From NCBI GenBank assembly GCA_964516585.1, contig CAZEXJ010000137.1:1-52841 (forward strand): a DNA stretch of 52,841 bases, in the 5' to 3' direction. A program made the position numbers and the translations under genes. Below the pieces are notes generated by a model. That model ran no database searches. It was not told where the DNA came from and saw only the letters and a program-made list of their open reading frames with translations. This document shows positions 48,460 to 52,841 of this stretch, piece after piece (the first letter of the stretch is position 1; each line of letters opens with the position of its first letter). This DNA comes from an uncultured Alistipes sp. (lineage in GTDB: Bacteria; Bacteroidota; Bacteroidia; Bacteroidales; Rikenellaceae).

Positions 48460-49377
48460 ATGCCCTTCCCCATAGAGAACAAACTCGTAGTGGCCGTCTC
48501 GTCCTCGGCGCTGTTCGACTTGTCGGAATCCGACAAGATCTACAACGAACACGGTTTGGCGGAGTATCGCCGCTATCAGGAGGCCAACATCGACAATCCG
48601 CTCGGAAAGGGCGTGGCGTTTCCGTTCGTCAAACGTCTGCTAAGTTTCAACGAGATATTCTCAGATGAACAGCCGGTAGAAGTGGTGCTGCTGTCGCGCA
48701 ACTCGCCCGAAACAGGCTTGCGGGTATTCCGCACCATAGCCCACTACGGACTCGACATTACCCGGGCATCGTTCTTCTCGGGCGAATCGCCATACAAATA
48801 TCTGCCGGCATTCAACGCCTCGCTGTTCCTGTCGGCATCGGAGCGCGACGTGCGCAACGCCTGCGATGCGGGTTATGCCGCCGGGCGCGTGCTCGACAGC
48901 AAGATCCTCGACGACGAATCCGACGGCGAACTGCGCATCGCTTTCGACTTCGACGGCGTGATAGCCGACGACGAGAGCGAGAAGATCTACAAGGAACAGG
49001 GCTTGTCGGCATTTCACCGCCACGAGTCGGCGACCGACAAACCTCTCGATCCCGGGCCTTTGGCCGACCTGTTGAAGAAGATATCCAATCTGCAACGCCT
49101 CGAAACCTCACGTATCGACGTCGATCCATCGCATCGCCGCCGCTTGAAGATATCGATCGTCACGGCGCGCAATGCACCTGCCCACGAACGGGTGGTCAAC
49201 ACCCTGAAAAGCTGGGGAGTGACGGTCACCGAGGCCTTTTTCCTCGGCGGCATATCGAAAGACAGAGTGTTGGAAATAATGCGTCCGCACATATTCTTCG
49301 ACGACCAAATGTCGCATCTCAACCACCTGCACAACATCCCTGCCGTACACATTCCTATGGGCATCGCCAACGAATAG
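48460..49377 (+). CDS. Cytosolic 5'-nucleotidase (cN-I-like family)
   Basis: 'VAVSSSALFD', 'VEVVLLSRN', 'LRIAFDFDGV', 'VTARNAPAHER', 'PHIFFDDQ'. Confidence 0.88.
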   Translation: MPFPIENKLVVAVSSSALFDLSESDKIYNEHGLAEYRRYQEANIDNPLGKGVAFPFVKRLLSFNEIFSDEQPVEVVLLSRNSPETGLRVFRTIAHYGLDITRASFFSGESPYKYLPAFNASLFLSASERDVRNACDAGYAAGRVLDSKILDDESDGELRIAFDFDGVIADDESEKIYKEQGLSAFHRHESATDKPLDPGPLADLLKKISNLQRLETSRIDVDPSHRRRLKISIVTARNAPAHERVVNTLKSWGVTVTEAFFLGGISKDRVLEIMRPHIFFDDQMSHLNHLHNIPAVHIPMGIANE

Positions 49378-49389
49378 CGGCAGCAGCCT

Positions 49390-49887
49390 CTATATCGCGC
49401 CCTCGGATTCCAGTATGCGGCGTTTCAACGCCTGACCCCAGTAGTATTGACCTATGGTGCCGTCGCTGCGCACTATGCGATGACAGGGGACGAGTATCGA
49501 TACCGGATTGTCGCCGACGGCCGAAGCAACAGCCCGGACGGCAGCGGGGTGGCCTGCGCGGCGCGCCAGTTCGGAGTAGCTGATCGTGCAGCCGCGCCCG
49601 ACCTCAATCAATGCCCGCCACACGTCGATCTGGAAATGCGTGCCTATAAGGTGCAGAGTCAAGTCGGGCGAGCAGATGTCCCGGCGTCTGTCGGTCGCTA
49701 CAAGACGGATGTGCGGATAAATAGCCTCGATGTGCGCGACGGCGGCCGTACGGTCGGGCAGCGCAAAGCCCAAATAGCAGAGTCCTCTGTCGGAAAAAAC
49801 CTCGATCATCTCGCCGTAGGGTGAATCGACGAACGCATATTCGGCATCGAAAGCCTCGCGGCGGGAGTATGAAACGGCTATATTCAT
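49390..49887 (-). CDS. ogt: Methylated-DNA-protein-cysteine methyltransferase
   Basis: 'GTHFQIDVW', 'AVRAVASAVGDNP', active site 'PCHRIV'. Confidence 0.9.
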   Translation of the reverse strand: MNIAVSYSRREAFDAEYAFVDSPYGEMIEVFSDRGLCYLGFALPDRTAAVAHIEAIYPHIRLVATDRRRDICSPDLTLHLIGTHFQIDVWRALIEVGRGCTISYSELARRAGHPAAVRAVASAVGDNPVSILVPCHRIVRSDGTIGQYYWGQALKRRILESEGAI

Positions 49888-49967
49888 AACAATATCGTTA
49901 CGGTGCGAGTCGACCTGTTTTACTGCAAATATAACTATTTCAACAGGCCGGTGCAACCGGCAGAACA

Positions 49968-49996
49968 AAAAAAAATCCGGTCTCTCGAGACCGGAT
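49968..49996. terminator. Terminator hairpin downstream of the S1/P1 nuclease gene
   Basis: ATCCGGTCTC-TC-GAGACCGGAT with a long T-tract on the minus strand. Confidence 0.7.
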
Positions 49997-50013
49997 CATA
50001 TCGGCGGCAATAT

Positions 50014-50793
50014 CTATTGTTCGCCGTATATCGATTCTAACAGAGCTGCCAGACGCAAACCGCCTTTGAGGAATTGCTGCTCGATGACGGGTGTGTATTT
50101 GTTGACATAATCGAACGAGATCTCAACGCCCGCCGGAGAGTCGAAATATACCTGACGGCACAGCACGACGGTCTCCTCGATCCAGTCTTCGGGCGTGCCG
50201 GCCACGATTGCCTCGATCTGCTCGTGTGTGGCGCGGTCGATCTGATACTGCCACTCAGAGTAGCTCCAATTGTGCGCCGACTCCACAAGCCGTGTATCCC
50301 ACACGCTGTGCAGTTTGGCATTCGAATGGAAATATTTCACCTGAATAGTGTTGCCGCCAAGATCGCACTTGTGGCCTGCGTGCATCGGGCAGTGCATATC
50401 GCCGACGAGATGTATCAGCATCATAAGATCGGTCTTCTCCTGTTCGGGCGACAGACCGCCGTTTTTCAGACGGGCGACTATATCGTTAATGGCAGCGACG
50501 ACATCGCCATTCGGCTCCTTTTTGGAATCTGCGTATGTATGCTCATTCTCGTCGACATTGACATAGTGCCACGTCTTGGTGTGGGCATACTCGGGGGTAT
50601 GACTGGCGTTGTCGAGCCAGTTGGCATAATATACGAGCGAATGGCCGTCGAGCAGAGCGGTAACTTTCGACGCCACCTCGGGCGAGAGATGATTCTCGGC
50701 GATATAGGCTACGGTGTCGTGCCCCTTTTGTCCCCAGCCGAAGACATTGCTTACGGCAGTCAGGCACAATAACGATATGACAAGTCTCTTCAT
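50014..50793 (-). CDS. Secreted S1/P1 nuclease
   Basis: Signal peptide then 'WGQKGH'. 'WHYVN', 'HLVGDMHCPMH', 'DLGGN', 'LHSVWD'. Confidence 0.92.
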   Translation of the reverse strand: MKRLVISLLCLTAVSNVFGWGQKGHDTVAYIAENHLSPEVASKVTALLDGHSLVYYANWLDNASHTPEYAHTKTWHYVNVDENEHTYADSKKEPNGDVVAAINDIVARLKNGGLSPEQEKTDLMMLIHLVGDMHCPMHAGHKCDLGGNTIQVKYFHSNAKLHSVWDTRLVESAHNWSYSEWQYQIDRATHEQIEAIVAGTPEDWIEETVVLCRQVYFDSPAGVEISFDYVNKYTPVIEQQFLKGGLRLAALLESIYGEQ

Positions 50794-50811
50794 TATCGGA
50801 TTCAAATTTAA

Positions 50812-52635
50812 TTACTGGTTCATCGTTGCGAGGAACTCCTCGTTGCTGTCGGTCAGATTCATCTGCTTTTGCAGGAACTCCATAGCCTCCATCGTGGTCA
50901 TGTCCGACAGATATTTGCGCAGTATCCACGTGCGGCTCATCACATTCGACGAGATCAGCAGATCCTCGCGGCGCGTACCCGATGCTATGACATCGACAGC
51001 AGGGTAGATGCGCTTGTTGGAGAGCTTGCGGTCGAGCTGCAACTCCATATTGCCCGTACCCTTGAACTCCTCGAATATAACCTCGTCCATCTTCGATCCC
51101 GTATCGATCAACGCCGTGGCGATGATCGTAAGCGAACCCTTCTCCTCGGTGTTTCGCGCCGCACCGAAGAAACGCTTGGGCTTGTGCAGGGCGTTAGCGT
51201 CGACACCGCCCGACAGCACCTTGCCCGATGCCGGCTGGACAGAGTTGTAGGCCCGTGCCAAACGCGTGATCGAATCGAGGAAGATGACCACATCGTGGCC
51301 GCACTCCACCATACGCTTGGCCTTTTCCAATACCATCTCGGCCACCTTAACGTGACGCGACGCCTGCTCGTCGAAAGTCGAGGCAACGACCTCGGCCTTG
51401 ACGTTGCGCGCCATCTCGGTCACCTCCTCGGGGCGTTCGTCTATCAACAGGACGATCATATAGACCTCGGGGTGGTTGTCGGCAATGGCATTGGCTATCG
51501 ACTGCAACAGCATCGTCTTACCGGTCTTGGGCTGGGCGACGATCAAACCGCGCTGACCCTTGCCGATGGGCGAAAAGAGGTCGACGATGCGGTTCGATAG
51601 GTTGTTGTGGCCCGAACCCGTCAGGTTGAACTTCTCGGAGGGGAACAGCGGCGTCATGAACTCGAACTGCACGCGGTCGCGGATAAATTCGGGCTGCAAG
51701 CCGTTGATCAGGTTCACACGCACCAAAGGGAAGTATTTTTCGCCCTCGCGCGGGGGGCGGATCGCTCCCTGCACCGTATCGCCGGGTTTCAGAGCGAACA
51801 TCTTGATCTGGTTGGGCGACACGTAGATGTCGTCGGGCGAATTGAGGTAGTTGTAGTCGGCCGAGCGGAGGAAACCGTAACCCTCGGGCATCACCTCCAA
51901 CACGCCTTCGCCCTGAATCTCACCCAAAAAATCCTCCTGCGTGACGACCTCTTCCCCGTCGGTTTCGGGGCGGTGCGTACGCTGGTGATGGGCGTGCTTT
52001 GCCGTCACCTCCCTGGGCTCATGCTCCGCCTCGGGATTTTCATCCGCAGCGGGCCGGGCAGCGGGATACGGTTCGCCACCCTCACGTTCGGCGGCTGCCT
52101 CGGCGGCAGCTTCGGCGGCACGCATCTCGGCCTCTTTCAGTGCGCGGGGTTTGCGGCCGCGGCGTTTGGGTGTCTGAACACCGGACTGTCCGTCGGGGGT
52201 TGGGGTCTCGGAGGCGGATGCCTCGGCCGCAGCCTCCTGCACAGCCGGTTCACCGGCCACGGGCATTTCCGAACGCCCATCCTGTTGTTTTTCCGTCGTT
52301 CCCGTTTTGGCCGGCTCGGCATCCTCCGCCTGGGTGTCGGCGGCGTTTTGCGCCTCCTTGAGGGCCTTGTGGTGATCGGCGGCATTCTCCACCGTCACGA
52401 TACGCGGACGGCGACCCCGACGTTTGACTGCGGGAGCGGCCTGGGCCGATTCAGCCGGCTCGGACGGTTCGGCCGACGGTGTCGCCGGTGCTTCCGCGGG
52501 ATCGACATGACGGACAATGCGATCGATCAGTTCCTGTTTTTTGCCTCCGGTATCATCCAGTCCGACGGCTTTGGCTATTTCACGCAGTTCGGGCAGATTC
52601 TTGCCTTCAAGCGCTCTCAAATCCTCTTTATTCAT
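50812..52635 (-). CDS. rho: Transcription termination factor Rho with a long N-terminal insertion
   Basis: 'GYGFLRS', 'DDIYVSP', '[19 protein letters not shown]', 'DERPEEVT', '[11 protein letters not shown]'. Minus-strand TATCTTTG at 52689-52696. Confidence 0.97.
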   Translation of the reverse strand: MNKEDLRALEGKNLPELREIAKAVGLDDTGGKKQELIDRIVRHVDPAEAPATPSAEPSEPAESAQAAPAVKRRGRRPRIVTVENAADHHKALKEAQNAADTQAEDAEPAKTGTTEKQQDGRSEMPVAGEPAVQEAAAEASASETPTPDGQSGVQTPKRRGRKPRALKEAEMRAAEAAAEAAAEREGGEPYPAARPAADENPEAEHEPREVTAKHAHHQRTHRPETDGEEVVTQEDFLGEIQGEGVLEVMPEGYGFLRSADYNYLNSPDDIYVSPNQIKMFALKPGDTVQGAIRPPREGEKYFPLVRVNLINGLQPEFIRDRVQFEFMTPLFPSEKFNLTGSGHNNLSNRIVDLFSPIGKGQRGLIVAQPKTGKTMLLQSIANAIADNHPEVYMIVLLIDERPEEVTEMARNVKAEVVASTFDEQASRHVKVAEMVLEKAKRMVECGHDVVIFLDSITRLARAYNSVQPASGKVLSGGVDANALHKPKRFFGAARNTEEKGSLTIIATALIDTGSKMDEVIFEEFKGTGNMELQLDRKLSNKRIYPAVDVIASGTRREDLLISSNVMSRTWILRKYLSDMTTMEAMEFLQKQMNLTDSNEEFLATMNQ

Positions 52636-52841
52636 TGATGTTTTTCCTGATTGCTTTACCGAGAGGAATCCCGGTGTTTAGGATAGCGCAAAGATAATGC
52701 AATATTTTGTTTTTGCAAAGCCTACCGGCAAAAAAGAACAAAAAAGAGCGATAAAAAGGAATTTCGGAAAGTTTTTCGGACAAATCCGGTCATGGCGGCG
52801 GGTCGAAAAAAAAGTTGCGCGGCCCTTTCGGTCGCGCAACT

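Noticed and set aside
48322..48460. tRNA-Gln as an integration site for an island
   Set aside because: No integrase and no duplicated tRNA 3' end were seen. Flanking genes look like ordinary chromosomal genes.

Overview
This is a chromosomal window from a high-GC member of the Bacteroidota, most likely Rikenellaceae/Alistipes-like. The assignment is inferred from SusC/SusD genes, recurrent TAnnTTTG promoter elements, the rpmB-rpmG-small ORF cluster and a Rho with a long N-terminal insertion. Most of the window is housekeeping: serB, mscS, dusB, glmS, engB, prs, rpmB/rpmG, pncB, cinA, pdxB, a clpC-like ATPase, ogt, rho and tRNA-Gln. It also carries an orphan wza-wzc pair and a ~16 kb starch/maltodextrin utilisation locus (MFS, SusC, SusD, SusE/F-like, SusG-like, GH53-like, two GH13 paralogues, SusA-like) transcribed divergently from a LytS/LytTR two-component pair. 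A TPP-type riboswitch precedes a TonB receptor and pnuC. The most notable observations are: (1) the TPP aptamer has an altered pyrophosphate-sensing junction; (2) the PyrD-like flavoprotein keeps FMN motifs but has lost its orotate-binding residues; (3) four direct repeats at ~21-bp period between the LytTR system and the starch locus; (4) a dispersed, covarying REP/BIME-like repeat family at three loci, plus a second repeat family. No CRISPR array, transposase or prophage was seen. All family calls come from motif recognition and recalled reference sequences, not from database searches.
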